This document shows positions 37,591-48,039 of a stretch of 64,000 nucleotides of DNA, one piece after another. Positions within the stretch are counted from its first letter, which is position 1. Every line of letters starts with the position of its first letter. The position numbers and the translations under genes were made by a program. The stretch comes from an uncultured Acidimicrobiia bacterium (lineage in GTDB: Bacteria > Actinomycetota > Acidimicrobiia > Spongiisociales > UBA5794): NCBI GenBank assembly GCA_963753185.1, contig CAVWBO010000007.1, forward strand, positions 1,610,914 to 1,674,913, read 5' to 3'. The notes beneath the pieces are model-generated. The model was not told the origin of the DNA, searched no databases, and worked only from the letters and a program-made list of their open reading frames with translations.

Positions 37591-39062
37591 CCGCCCACTA
37601 TGAACGCCTCTCCAACCTCGACGCATCGTTCCTGGCCCTCGAATCCCGCTCGACCCATATGCACGTCGGCGCCGTCGCGATCTTCGGTCCGGGACCCCAT
37701 AGCACGGCGGACGGAGTGGACATCGGCTTCATCCGCGATCTGATCGCCTCGCGACTCGACGCGATACCGAGGTATCGCCAACGGATCGCGACCGTTCCCA
37801 TCGAAGGTCACCCCGTGTGGGTCGATGACGAGCATTTCCACCTTGACTACCACGTTCGTCACACGGCCCTCCCCAACCCGGGGAGCGACGACCAGCTCAA
37901 GGCACTCGTCGGGCGGCTCATGTCCCAGCAACTCGATCGAACCCGCCCCTTGTGGGAGCTGAACATCGTCGAGGGGATCGAGGGGGGCGGGTTCGCGGTC
38001 GTTGGCAAGATCCACCACTGCATGATCGACGGAATCTCCGGCATCGACCTGATGGCGGTCATCCTCGACTTCACGCCGGACGCGCAGATCACGCCGGCGA
38101 CGCCGTGGAAACCGAGGCCCGCCCCGAACGGGACCGAGCTGGCGGTGAAGGAGATCTCGCGAGCGCTCTCGACGGTGCTCGCGAACGTCTCGGACTTCTC
38201 GTCGATCGTGTCGGACATCGATGCGGTACGCAACGACCTCGGGAAACGGGTGCGCGCCGTGGGCGCGTCGCTGTCATCGGGATGGTTGACCCAGACCGGC
38301 CACACGCCGCTCAACGGCCCGATCGGACCGGCGCGATGGTTCGACTGGATCGACATCCCCCTCATCGACGTGAAGGCGATCAAGAACGAACACGGTGCAA
38401 CGGTCAACGATGTGATGCTCGCCATCGTCGCCGGCGGTGTGCGCCGCTACCTCCTCACCGAGGGGGGGATGACCGACGAGGAGGTCGCCGCGACCGAGTT
38501 TCGGATCATGGCACCGGTGTCCGTGCGGTCCGAGACGGAGCAGGGAACCCTTGGGAACAAGGTGGCGATGTGGCTGATGACCCTGCCGATCGGTGAACCC
38601 GACCCGGCCACGCGGGTCAAGGCGGTCACGGAAGCGACCAAGAACCTCAAGGAGACGGACCAGGCGCTCGGAGCGTCGACGCTGGTCTCGGTGTCGACGG
38701 GAGCACCGGCGACGATCGTTTCCCTCGCCACACGCCTGGCGAGTGGCATCCGCCCGTTCAACATGACGGTCACGAACGTTCCAGGACCCCAATTCCCGAT
38801 GTACCTCGCGGGCAGTGAGATGCAGGCGTCGTATCCCCTCGTCCCGCTGTGGCAGAGCCACGGTGCAGGTGTTGCGATGTTCTCGCTCAACGGGAAGATC
38901 GACATCGGGATCAACATGGACAGGACCCTCATCGAGGAACCTCGAGCGCTCGGTGAGGCGATCCGGGCATCGTTCGAAGAGCTCGTCCGAACGCCTCGCG
39001 CCACGACACCCGAACCTCGCGCCAAGAAGGTCAAGAAGGCGCCTCCCATGGGAACCCGCTAG
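37587..39062 (+). CDS. wax ester synthase/diacylglycerol acyltransferase (WS/DGAT) family
   Basis: Active-site HHxxxDG motif (HHCMIDGISG) within an N-terminal condensation-like domain; 491 aa. Confidence 0.8.
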   Translation: MTAHYERLSNLDASFLALESRSTHMHVGAVAIFGPGPHSTADGVDIGFIRDLIASRLDAIPRYRQRIATVPIEGHPVWVDDEHFHLDYHVRHTALPNPGSDDQLKALVGRLMSQQLDRTRPLWELNIVEGIEGGGFAVVGKIHHCMIDGISGIDLMAVILDFTPDAQITPATPWKPRPAPNGTELAVKEISRALSTVLANVSDFSSIVSDIDAVRNDLGKRVRAVGASLSSGWLTQTGHTPLNGPIGPARWFDWIDIPLIDVKAIKNEHGATVNDVMLAIVAGGVRRYLLTEGGMTDEEVAATEFRIMAPVSVRSETEQGTLGNKVAMWLMTLPIGEPDPATRVKAVTEATKNLKETDQALGASTLVSVSTGAPATIVSLATRLASGIRPFNMTVTNVPGPQFPMYLAGSEMQASYPLVPLWQSHGAGVAMFSLNGKIDIGINMDRTLIEEPRALGEAIRASFEELVRTPRATTPEPRAKKVKKAPPMGTR

Positions 39063-39106
39063 TCCAGGAGCACCGAACGACCGAAGGTTCGACGTCTGCG
39101 CAGCCG

Positions 39107-40132
39107 TCAGCCGAAGAACGTCCTCGCCGTCGCATAGAGCGACTCGGGTACACCCCTGATCCCTGACGTCGCCTCCTCGAGTGGCACCGGCACGATCTCC
39201 GTGGCTTTGACACCCGCCATCACGTTCGTGAGGCCATCGATCGCCATGTCCGCTGCCGCGACGCCGAGGCGCGTGGCGAGCACGCGGTCGGAGGCGGCAG
39301 GCGTGCCGCCACGCTGGATGTGCCCAAGGATGGATACGCGAGTTTCGAAGCCGGTCAGATCCTCGATGGCGTCTGCAACCTGATAGCCGACGCCGCCGAG
39401 GCGGTCGAACCCGAAGGCGTCCTTCTTGAGATCGAGGGGCTGGTACCCCGCGGGTGGCTCGATGCCCTCCGCGATGACCACGATCGAGTATCGGTGACCC
39501 GTCCGGTGGCGCTTTCGCAGCGTCGATGCGACCTGTTCGAGGTCGTATGCGAATTCCGGTATGAGTACGTAATCCGCACCACCCGCGATCCCCGCGTAGG
39601 TCGCGATCCATCCCTTCGTTCGACCCATCACCTCGACCACGATGACGCGGTTGTGCGCCTCCGCGGTCGTTGCGAGACGGTCGATCGCCTCGGTCGCGAT
39701 CTGGACGGCTGTGGCGAACCCGAAGGTGGTGTCCGTGCCATTGATGTCGTTGTCGATCGTCTTTGGCACACCGATGACATTCAGGCCCTCCTCCGCGAGC
39801 TGCCTGGCTGAACGGAGCGTGCCATCGCCTCCGATGACGACGAGCCTGTCGATGCCGTTGCGTGAAATGGTGGCGCTGCACGACGACAGTCCGTCGCCGT
39901 GCACATAGGGGTCCATCCTCGAGGTTCCGAGCATCGTTCCGCCTCGCCCGAGGATGCCACGTACCGCGTCACGGTCGAGGGTCATGGTGCGGTCGTTCAT
40001 GAGGCCCTCCCACCCGTCACGTATCCCCACGACCTCGGTGTCGCGCTCGAGGGCCCTCCCGACGACACCGCGGATGACGGCATTGAGTCCTGGGCAATCG
40101 CCACCTGCGGTGAGCACTCCGATGACGCTCAC
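39107..40132 (-). CDS. pfkA: 6-phosphofructokinase
   Basis: TAGGDCPGLNAVIRG, GGDGT and MGR motifs; 341 aa. Whether it is ATP- or PPi-dependent cannot be decided from the sequence. Confidence 0.85.
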   Translation of the reverse strand: MSVIGVLTAGGDCPGLNAVIRGVVGRALERDTEVVGIRDGWEGLMNDRTMTLDRDAVRGILGRGGTMLGTSRMDPYVHGDGLSSCSATISRNGIDRLVVIGGDGTLRSARQLAEEGLNVIGVPKTIDNDINGTDTTFGFATAVQIATEAIDRLATTAEAHNRVIVVEVMGRTKGWIATYAGIAGGADYVLIPEFAYDLEQVASTLRKRHRTGHRYSIVVIAEGIEPPAGYQPLDLKKDAFGFDRLGGVGYQVADAIEDLTGFETRVSILGHIQRGGTPAASDRVLATRLGVAAADMAIDGLTNVMAGVKATEIVPVPLEEATSGIRGVPESLYATARTFFG

Positions 40133-40238
40133 GGATCCTCCTCGGAGGGGTTGCGGACCGATCGTAGGGCGTGAACGGTGCTCGTCGGGCGTGTTCGCGC
40201 CGCCCTAACATTAGGGGTCCGCCGGGTCACGCGATCGG

Positions 40239-43200
40239 GTGGTGATCTGGGCGAGACAGGCACGACGAAGGCGGGCACGCACAAGCCGCCCCACATGCTT
40301 ACATGCATGGTATTCGACGATCGAGGTCCGTTTGGCCGACAGCTTCGCCCACCTTCATGTCCACACCGAGTTCTCCATGCTGGACGGGGCTGCTCGTGTG
40401 CATGATCTCGTGAGGGCCGTGGAAGCAGACGGCCAGCCGGCTGTTGCGATCACCGATCACGGCGTGCTGTATGGCGTCGTTGACTTCTACAGGGCGGCAC
40501 GGGACGTCGGGGTGAATCCCATCATCGGCATCGAGGCGTACGTCACCCCGGGAAGTCGATTCGACCGGCCGGCGCGCCGTGACGACATCCGTTACCACAT
40601 GACGATCCTCGCTGAGAACGAGACCGGGTATCGCAACCTGATGCAACTCGCGTCGCTCGCGTATCGGGACGGGTACTACTACAAGCCGCGCATGGACGCG
40701 GAGCTGCTCAGCACCTACTCAGAGGGCCTGATCGCGACAACGGGGTGCCTCGGTGGCCACGTCCCGCAGCTCCTTGGTGTCGACGAACCCGCCGACGACG
40801 ACCAAAGGGGCCAGGAGCGTGACGTCGACGCCGCGATCGCCGCCGCCGCGATGTATCAGGACATCTTCGGCAGGGACAACTTCTTCATCGAGCTCCAGGA
40901 CCATGGCATCCCGGCTCAGCGGCGGATCATGGCGGATCTCCTCGACATCGGGAGGCGAATCGACGCACCGCTGCTCGCGGCGAACGACTCCCACTACACG
41001 CGGGCAGACGAGGCAGATGCCCACGATGCCCTGCTGTGCATCCAGACCGGGTCGGTGAAGTCCGAGGAGAACCGTTTCAAGTTCCACTCCCAGGAGTTCT
41101 ACGTGAAGTCGGCGGACCAGATGCGGGCGCTGTTCCCGTCCGGCGAGTTTCCCGGCGCATGCGACAACACGCTCTGGATCGCCGAGCGGGCGCGTGTGGA
41201 GATCGAGTTCGACCAGATCCTGCTTCCGAACTTCGAGGTCCCCAGCGGATACGACGAGGACTCGTACCTGCGACACCTCGTCGTCGAGGGCGCCAGAGCC
41301 CGTTACGGGACACCCGATGCGGTCGTGTCGGATCGGATCGACTACGAACTCCGTGTGATCTCGGAGATGGGGTTCTCTGCGTACTTCCTGATCGTGTGGG
41401 ACCTCATCGCCCACGCCGCCCGGCGAGGAATCCGGACAGGGCCGGGTCGCGGTAGCGCCGCGGGTTCGATCGTCGCATATTGCCTGAGGATCACCGACCT
41501 CGACCCCATCGCCTACGGCCTGATCTTCGAGCGCTTCTTGAACCCCGGCCGCAAGGAGATGCCGGACATCGACATGGACTTCGACGAACGGTACCGGTCC
41601 GAGATGATCGCCTACTGCGCCCAGAAGTACGGCTCGGACCACGTGGCGCAGATCATCACCTTCTCGACCATCAAGGGGAAACAGGCGATCAGGGATGCAG
41701 CCAGGGTGCTCGACTATCCCTACTCGGTCGGGGACCAGCTCGCGAAGGCGATGCCACCCGCGATCCTCGGAAACGACGCGACGATCGACCAGTGCCTCGA
41801 GGTACCGGGAGGGGACGCGTCGACCATCGACCGCGATCACTACTCCGCCGCGTCGGGACTCCGGGAGCTTCTCGACACCATGGATGGTGCCCGCGAGATC
41901 ATCGAAACGGCACGCGGGCTCGAAGGCCTGCGACGCCAGGACTCGATCCACGCGGCGGCTGTCGTGATCTCACCGCAACCGCTGACCACGATCGTTCCCA
42001 CCCAACAGAAGGGAGAGGGCGCCGAGATCGTCACCCAATACGAGATGCATGGGGTCGAGGCGCTCGGGCTCCTCAAGATGGATTTCCTCGGCCTTCGCAA
42101 CCTCTCGACCATCGAGCGGTCCCTGGAGCTGATCGAACGCAATACGGGCACTCGTCCGGACATCGACGGGGTGGCCCTCGACGACCCTGCCGTGTACGAA
42201 ATGCTCCAGCGAGGCGACTCGGTCGGAGTCTTCCAGTTCGAGGGCGGTCCGATGCGTGCCCTCATGAGGAACCTCGGACCTGACCGGTTCGAGCACCTCA
42301 TCGCGCTCAACGCGCTGTACCGGCCAGGCGCCCTCGGCGCAGGAATGCACCTCGAATACGCCGATCGCAAGAACGGCAAGGCCGAAGTCGGCTACCTCCA
42401 TCCCGATCTCGAGCCTGTCCTGTCCGACACCTACGGGATCATGGTCTACCAGGAGCAGGTGATGCAGACCGCCGAGCGAGTCGCCGGCTTCTCGATGGTC
42501 GATGCGGACAGCCTTCGGAAGGCGATGGGAAAGAAGATCCCCGCCCTGATGAGGGAGCAGCAGGACAAGTTCGTCGCAGGGTGCATCGCGAACGGCTACG
42601 AAGAGCAGCTCGGTGTCGACCTGTTCGGCTTCATCGAGCACTTCGCCGGATATGGCTTCAACAAGAGCCACTCCGCGGCGTATGCGCTCGTGGCCTACCA
42701 GACGGCCTGGCTCAAGGCCCATTACCCAGCCGAGTACATGGCTGCCCTCCTGACCTCCGTCAAACGTGACAAGGATCGGACGGCCGCGTACCTGCACGAG
42801 TGTCGCATGATGGGGATCCCCGTACGTGTCCCCGGAGTGAACGTCTCGGAACGGGACTTCCTCGCCCACGATGGACAGATCATCTTCGGCCTGTCAGCCG
42901 TGCGCAACGTCGGAGAGGCGGTGACCGACCTCATCGTCGCTGAACGGCTCGAACACGGACCATACGAGGACTTCTTCGACTTCATCGACAGGGTGGACAT
43001 CCAGGTCCTCAACAAGCGAACGATCGAGTCGATGATCAAGGCTGGCGCGTTCGACTCACTCGGGTATTCACGGCGCGGATTGCTCGAGGTTTCGCACACC
43101 ATCGTCGATGGGACCCTCGATCGACGCCGCGCCGAGGAGGCGGGCCAGTACAGCCTGTTCGGCGGCTCCACGGCCACGGCGACCGCGGTCGGGACGTCGG

Positions 43201-43835
43201 TTCCCGAGCACGAGTGGGACAAGAAGGTGCGGTTGGCATTCGAGAAGGAGATGCTCGGACTGTACGTCTCGGACCATCCGCTGCTCGGTGTCGAGAAGGC
43301 GCTGACGGGCATGACCGACACCGTGATTCCCGGACTGTGGGAACGCGAGGACCGCTCCCAGGCGACGATCGCAGGCGTCGTCGGTTCGGTGAACCGCCGA
43401 TACACCCGTGCAGGACAGCCCATGGTGTACTTCGTCCTCGAGGATCTCCAGGGTTCGGTCGAAGCGGTTGCCTTCCCGAAGACCGTCGCGGAGCACGGCC
43501 CGATGATTCGCGAGGATGCCGTGCTCGTGCTCCGGGGGAGGGTCGACCACCGAGGGGACGATGTGAAGTTCATCGTCCAGTCCGTGTCCGAGCCCGACCT
43601 GTCGAGTGACCGGAGTGTTCGTGTCAGGGTTCCGGCGTCACGGCTGTCACCGACGGTCGTCGGGCGGTTGAAGGACGTCCTGGCAAACCATCCCGGTACC
43701 GCGCCCGTCTACATCCACATGCACGGAGACTCGGGCGAGAAGGTGCTGAGGGTCGGTCAGGAACACCGCGTCGACCCACGATCCGCACTCTTCGCGGAGC
43801 TCCAGGAGCTCTTCGGGCCGTCAAGCGTGTTCTGA
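40239..43835 (+). CDS. dnaE: DNA polymerase III alpha subunit
   Basis: PHP domain (HLHVHTEFSMLDGA), polymerase core and an OB-fold C-terminus; 1198 aa. The probable true start is TTG 40332 (LADSFAHLHVH...). Confidence 0.9.
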   Translation: MVIWARQARRRRARTSRPTCLHAWYSTIEVRLADSFAHLHVHTEFSMLDGAARVHDLVRAVEADGQPAVAITDHGVLYGVVDFYRAARDVGVNPIIGIEAYVTPGSRFDRPARRDDIRYHMTILAENETGYRNLMQLASLAYRDGYYYKPRMDAELLSTYSEGLIATTGCLGGHVPQLLGVDEPADDDQRGQERDVDAAIAAAAMYQDIFGRDNFFIELQDHGIPAQRRIMADLLDIGRRIDAPLLAANDSHYTRADEADAHDALLCIQTGSVKSEENRFKFHSQEFYVKSADQMRALFPSGEFPGACDNTLWIAERARVEIEFDQILLPNFEVPSGYDEDSYLRHLVVEGARARYGTPDAVVSDRIDYELRVISEMGFSAYFLIVWDLIAHAARRGIRTGPGRGSAAGSIVAYCLRITDLDPIAYGLIFERFLNPGRKEMPDIDMDFDERYRSEMIAYCAQKYGSDHVAQIITFSTIKGKQAIRDAARVLDYPYSVGDQLAKAMPPAILGNDATIDQCLEVPGGDASTIDRDHYSAASGLRELLDTMDGAREIIETARGLEGLRRQDSIHAAAVVISPQPLTTIVPTQQKGEGAEIVTQYEMHGVEALGLLKMDFLGLRNLSTIERSLELIERNTGTRPDIDGVALDDPAVYEMLQRGDSVGVFQFEGGPMRALMRNLGPDRFEHLIALNALYRPGALGAGMHLEYADRKNGKAEVGYLHPDLEPVLSDTYGIMVYQEQVMQTAERVAGFSMVDADSLRKAMGKKIPALMREQQDKFVAGCIANGYEEQLGVDLFGFIEHFAGYGFNKSHSAAYALVAYQTAWLKAHYPAEYMAALLTSVKRDKDRTAAYLHECRMMGIPVRVPGVNVSERDFLAHDGQIIFGLSAVRNVGEAVTDLIVAERLEHGPYEDFFDFIDRVDIQVLNKRTIESMIKAGAFDSLGYSRRGLLEVSHTIVDGTLDRRRAEEAGQYSLFGGSTATATAVGTSVPEHEWDKKVRLAFEKEMLGLYVSDHPLLGVEKALTGMTDTVIPGLWEREDRSQATIAGVVGSVNRRYTRAGQPMVYFVLEDLQGSVEAVAFPKTVAEHGPMIREDAVLVLRGRVDHRGDDVKFIVQSVSEPDLSSDRSVRVRVPASRLSPTVVGRLKDVLANHPGTAPVYIHMHGDSGEKVLRVGQEHRVDPRSALFAELQELFGPSSVF

Positions 43836-43860
43836 GAGCGAGCGCGTGGTGCCGGTCCCC

Positions 43861-44910
43861 TCAGGACTCGGCGATGAGACCCATCACACCGCTCTCAGCG
43901 ATCATCGCTGCGAGGTCCTCGACCGTGGTCGGTGGTGGTGAGCGCCACGCAATGGTCGAAACGGGGACGTCGTACAGAGCGGCGAGTTCGTCGACAGCAT
44001 CGGACTGGCGTCGTGCCTCCGATGCCCATGCCGCCAGATTGGTCCTGACCGCGACGCGCAGGTCGGGATCATCGATCCCACGCAACGGTCGCTGGGCATC
44101 CTCGGTCCAGACGCTCGGCAGGGCCCGGTTGAACACGATGATCGCGGGTTCGATGCGGATGTCCCCGAGCTCGCGGAAGAAGCGATGGGTCTCGTGCAGG
44201 GGGGTCGGGTCTGCCGTCGTCGCAATCACGGTGGTCGCCGCCCGTAGGTAGCGCTCGATCGTCCTCGATCGCGACGAGAGGGCGTCGTACATCGTCCGGA
44301 GGTCGAGCAGGAAATCCGCGACGTCCGAGAGCATCGGACCTCCGAGGATCGTGTCGGCGATGCGAAGCATCGGCTTCGCGGTGAACCGGTAGAGGATGCT
44401 GCGTCCGGGGAGGTGCGATCCCGTGAGCCACTTGAGGAGTTTCCCGGAGATGAGGTCTCCTGTTGTCGCCGGAGCACGGAAGAAGTCGATGCCGCCGCCG
44501 GACGGCGGTGTATCTACGACGATCACGTCGTACGATCGGGACTCGATGTACTCGGCAGTTCGCTCGCCCGCGGCGTACGCCTGGGCCGCAGGGAACCGAT
44601 CGGCGATCGCCCGGAAGTAGGGGTTGACGAGGAGCCGATCTCCCACGTCGGGGTCCGCGTATCGGTGGATGATCGCCTCCCAACTGGCGGACACGTCGAG
44701 CATCGCAGCCGACATGCCTTCGACCATCGTCACGGGGGTGGGCTCGTCGCCGAGCGTCGAAACCCCGAGCGCGTCTGCCAGCCGTTTCGCGGGATCGATG
44801 GTCAGCACCAGCGTCTTGAGTCCTGCTCCTGCGAGCGCCACGCCCAACGCGGCGGACAGTGTCGTCTTGCCGACTCCGCCCGCGCCGGTCACGACGATCG
44901 TTCGTGTCAT
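43861..44910 (-). CDS. ArsA/GET3-like anion-transporting ATPase family protein
   Basis: P-loop VVTGAGGVGKTT. Its start is paired by a 4-nt overlap with the upstream ATPase gene. Confidence 0.7.
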   Translation of the reverse strand: MTRTIVVTGAGGVGKTTLSAALGVALAGAGLKTLVLTIDPAKRLADALGVSTLGDEPTPVTMVEGMSAAMLDVSASWEAIIHRYADPDVGDRLLVNPYFRAIADRFPAAQAYAAGERTAEYIESRSYDVIVVDTPPSGGGIDFFRAPATTGDLISGKLLKWLTGSHLPGRSILYRFTAKPMLRIADTILGGPMLSDVADFLLDLRTMYDALSSRSRTIERYLRAATTVIATTADPTPLHETHRFFRELGDIRIEPAIIVFNRALPSVWTEDAQRPLRGIDDPDLRVAVRTNLAAWASEARRQSDAVDELAALYDVPVSTIAWRSPPPTTVEDLAAMIAESGVMGLIAES

Positions 44911-45770
44911 CGCGGCTCCTCGATCGCATCTGCGAGCTGGACGGCGACCTCGCCGGGCGTGAGCACCCCTCGCAGGAAGGGCAGCTCGAGGTCGTGGTCG
45001 ATCTCGCGCGCCCAGAGATCCTGCTCGAGCTCCATCGACACCTGGAGAGTCGCCGCGTCTCGCGCCGAGCCTGCGGGCAGCCCGTCGAGGTCCGACGCTG
45101 CGATCCCGCTCGCTTCGAGCCAGCGGTTGAGGATGACCATCGGCGGCGGGCAGACGTTGTCTGCGAGCAGCGACTCGATCGATTCGACCGTCTCACGCAC
45201 GGGAAGCTCGGACGGCGTGCACACGAACACGACCTTGGTCACCGACGGATCCTCGAGCGTCCTGGCGAGCCTGTCCGCCTGCCTCCTCACATTTCCACCG
45301 GGAACGAGCTCTGCGATCGTCGTGGGTGCGCGCAGGTACGACTGGAACTGCCCGAGTGAAGGTGCGTCCACCACCACGGCGTCCCAAACGTCGCGCCACG
45401 CCTCGTAGACCGGCTTTCCGATGCTGATGATCTCTCGGACGCCGGGTGCCGTGTCCGCCAGAACGGAGAGGGCTCCGGCGATCTGCCTCGTCGGAGCGCC
45501 CTGGGGCAGCCTCAGCTGGAGTTTGAGGTACTCGTCGAGCCCGGTCGCCCTGTCCATGACCATCGCGAAGAGGCCTGGCCTGGTCTCGACCGGCCGGTAG
45601 CGGAGGTCGGCACGGCGGAGGTGCGCGGCGAGGCCCGTGCTCTGGCCCATGTCGATCGCGAGGACCCGCTGACCCCTGCGTGCCCGTTCAATGGCGATCG
45701 CTGCGGATACGGCCGACTTCCCTGTGCCACCCTTGCCTGAAACGAAGACGAGATCGCACGTGGTCATCAC
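44907..45770 (-). CDS. ArsA/ParA-like P-loop ATPase (partner of the downstream ATPase)
   Basis: Deviant Walker A motif VSGKGGTGKS. Confidence 0.7.
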   Translation of the reverse strand: MMTTCDLVFVSGKGGTGKSAVSAAIAIERARRGQRVLAIDMGQSTGLAAHLRRADLRYRPVETRPGLFAMVMDRATGLDEYLKLQLRLPQGAPTRQIAGALSVLADTAPGVREIISIGKPVYEAWRDVWDAVVVDAPSLGQFQSYLRAPTTIAELVPGGNVRRQADRLARTLEDPSVTKVVFVCTPSELPVRETVESIESLLADNVCPPPMVILNRWLEASGIAASDLDGLPAGSARDAATLQVSMELEQDLWAREIDHDLELPFLRGVLTPGEVAVQLADAIEEPR

Positions 45771-45844
45771 GCCGAGGCTAGTTCTCGTGGTCGGAGTGTT
45801 CGCCTACGCTTGGGCGATGTAGCCGGAATGGGCAAGGAGACATC

Positions 45845-46057
45845 GTGGCGCAACTGGACATGGACGACTTCCTCAGGCGATTCGCCGAGCGGGCCGAGGC
45901 CGTCAAGGAACGTGGCGTACCGCCCCTCGAGGGTCAGGCCCGCAAAGCGTTCATCGATTCGGCCGAGAAGGATTTCCTCGACTACTCGTTGATCGCCTCC
46001 GCATCGTGGACGGTCGACGACGGCCACCTGGTGCTGAGGATCCCGCTCTCAGGCTGA
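45845..46057 (+). CDS. small hypothetical protein
   Basis: 70 aa, acidic, with no TM segment. Its 3' end overlaps the convergent 556-aa gene by about 9 nt. Confidence 0.35.
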   Translation: MAQLDMDDFLRRFAERAEAVKERGVPPLEGQARKAFIDSAEKDFLDYSLIASASWTVDDGHLVLRIPLSG

Positions 46058-47719
46058 GGGATCGTCGATCCCGAGATCTGCCCGCCTGGCGGCTGCCCTC
46101 CGTTCGGTTTCGATGCGGGCGAGGTCGTAGTCCTCGTGGTCGACGAAGGTCATTGCATCGGCGATCCTGCGGTGGCCTGCGACGTCACGGATCTGGTCGT
46201 GCATGATCTGGCAGACCCGCCGGTAGTCCGGGTGGCCACCCTGCTGGGTTCGCAGTTCGAGCATGTGGAACGCCTCGCGTGCATTCAGGTTCATCGCGAA
46301 CCGGATGTTGAACGCAAAGGGGATGGCATATTGTGCAACCGAGCTCGACGTGCGGGACGAGAGCGCTGCGTGGTACTCCGCGAGGTCATCCATGGCGCCG
46401 TCCCACTCCGACTCGGCCCCGATGTCGATGACCGATTGCGGAGTGATGTAACCGTGGTCGACGCCGAGGTCCTGCCACTCGATGGTGAGCATCCGGTGGC
46501 GCTGCAGGTCGCGGAAGATCCCGTAGTCGCACAGGATGTCGAAGCGATAGAAGGTCTGCTCCATCGCGCGGCCGGGTTTGTGGCGTCGATTGGTGCGGGT
46601 CCCGATGTACGCACCGAAGATCTCATCGATCTCGGACTCAGACATCGCGTCGACGATCCCTCGAATCTGGGCTTCGGGGAGGTTGGATGCGCCGTACAGG
46701 GCGGCTGCCGCGACCTTGCGCTCCCCGTCACGGTCGTAGTCGACGAGTGTCACGGCAGGAGCCCGTTGGGTGTCAGACGACAGCCGTGCTGCCAATACCT
46801 CCATCGCGCGGCGATTGTCCGACAAGTACTCTGTCCATGCGCCGCCCCTGTCGGGGACATCGACACGCTTCATGAAGGATGGGATCATCGTGCGCAGCTC
46901 ACGAAGCATCTCGGTTCCGCACCACTGCACCTCCTCGAGTGGATGGGCTGCCATGCGCAGGAGGAGGGACTCGTAGGCCTGACCTGACGCGAATACGCCG
47001 ACGTTCGAGAGGGTCGCGGCAGGCAGGAGGCCCCGTGCGTCGTCGCACGCCTTCGCCCTGATGGTCGACCTCCACACGAAGGACGAGTCGCCATCCTGGC
47101 GGGGATAGAGCTCCTCGTAGTAGGTGACGAGCCTGCCCACGATCGCGCTGTAGGTCTCGAAGAGTCCGTCCATCGTCGTCGTGTACTCGTCCGCGAGGCC
47201 TGCGCCGGCGATCTCGGAAGGGACCACGTACCGAAAGCGACCACCGAGTCGGGTGTCGTAGAAGATGTAGCGCGTCGATTGCTCGAGGTACGACGCGAGG
47301 CGCCCCCACTCGAGCACCTTCGTGAGGATGTTCGATGCCTGTTCGACGGCGACGTGGGCGGCGCCGAGCTGCGCTACCGAGTCGTCCCCGTACTGGGTGA
47401 AGACCCTGTCGTAGAGCTGCTCGGCGCGTTCGAGCCCGACGGTGTCACTGTCGGACCTTGCTGTCGCGATGTGTCGGATTCCGAGGTCCGGGTCGGCAGC
47501 GAACTCATCGAGGAACAGTCGCCGGACCGACTTGTCCGACCTGCTGTAGCGTGCGAAGAGTGCCCCTTTGACGACCTCCGGGAGGTTCCGTATCCCGAAC
47601 ACCGGACGATCGAGATTCGTGAAGAACGGTTCGAGGGTCGCTCGCTCGCCATCGGTGAACGTCTCGATGTGGAAGGGTGGGGGAGTGGGTGTCACGTCCT
47701 GGTCTCCTGGGTGAGGCAC
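46049..47719 (-). CDS. hypothetical 556-aa protein (possible tandem ThyX/Thy1-like RHR-motif domains)
   Basis: Long ORF with a good start context. It contains FRDLQRHRML and ARYSRSDKS segments reminiscent of the flavin-dependent thymidylate synthase RHR signature, but the downstream S..S.RY part is not evident. Confidence 0.35.
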   Translation of the reverse strand: MPHPGDQDVTPTPPPFHIETFTDGERATLEPFFTNLDRPVFGIRNLPEVVKGALFARYSRSDKSVRRLFLDEFAADPDLGIRHIATARSDSDTVGLERAEQLYDRVFTQYGDDSVAQLGAAHVAVEQASNILTKVLEWGRLASYLEQSTRYIFYDTRLGGRFRYVVPSEIAGAGLADEYTTTMDGLFETYSAIVGRLVTYYEELYPRQDGDSSFVWRSTIRAKACDDARGLLPAATLSNVGVFASGQAYESLLLRMAAHPLEEVQWCGTEMLRELRTMIPSFMKRVDVPDRGGAWTEYLSDNRRAMEVLAARLSSDTQRAPAVTLVDYDRDGERKVAAAALYGASNLPEAQIRGIVDAMSESEIDEIFGAYIGTRTNRRHKPGRAMEQTFYRFDILCDYGIFRDLQRHRMLTIEWQDLGVDHGYITPQSVIDIGAESEWDGAMDDLAEYHAALSSRTSSSVAQYAIPFAFNIRFAMNLNAREAFHMLELRTQQGGHPDYRRVCQIMHDQIRDVAGHRRIADAMTFVDHEDYDLARIETERRAAARRADLGIDDPSA

Positions 47720-47773
47720 CGTACACCCAGCGGGGGGTCCTCTTCAATTCCGCCGCCTCGGTAGCCTCGCTCC

Positions 47774-48022
47774 GTGGCCTTCGTTCGTTTCGTACTCGGC
47801 GTTCTGATCGCTGTGACGGTGGTCGTCGCGGCGATCCCTGCGGTCGTGCTGGTGGACCTCGTGTCGGGTGGGACGGGTCTCGGGCTGTGCCCTGACGGCC
47901 TCGGGACGTGCACGACCTCCATCTACACCATGGCCGAACTGACGGTGATCCTCGCGATCGTCCTCGGCATCCTCGGCGCCGGCATGGCGCTGTGCGTCCG
48001 ATTGCTTCGCCGTGTGCGCTGA
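47774..48022 (+). CDS. small Cys-containing 2-TM membrane protein
   Basis: GTG start; 82 aa with two hydrophobic helices flanking CPDGLGTC. Confidence 0.35.
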   Translation: MAFVRFVLGVLIAVTVVVAAIPAVVLVDLVSGGTGLGLCPDGLGTCTTSIYTMAELTVILAIVLGILGAGMALCVRLLRRVR

Positions 48023-48039
48023 CGAAGTACGCTCGCACC

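Noticed and set aside
39062-39107. Short hairpin (CGAAC-GACCGAAG-GTTCG) between convergent WS/DGAT and pfkA as a bidirectional terminator
   Set aside because: The stem is only 5 bp and there is no flanking T/A tract. It is too weak to call from sequence alone.
46049-47719. Confident assignment of the 556-aa protein as thymidylate synthase ThyX
   Set aside because: Only short RHR-containing segments resemble ThyX. The protein is twice the expected size and the full signature (RHR...S..S.RY) is not visible, so it is kept as hypothetical with a low-confidence note.
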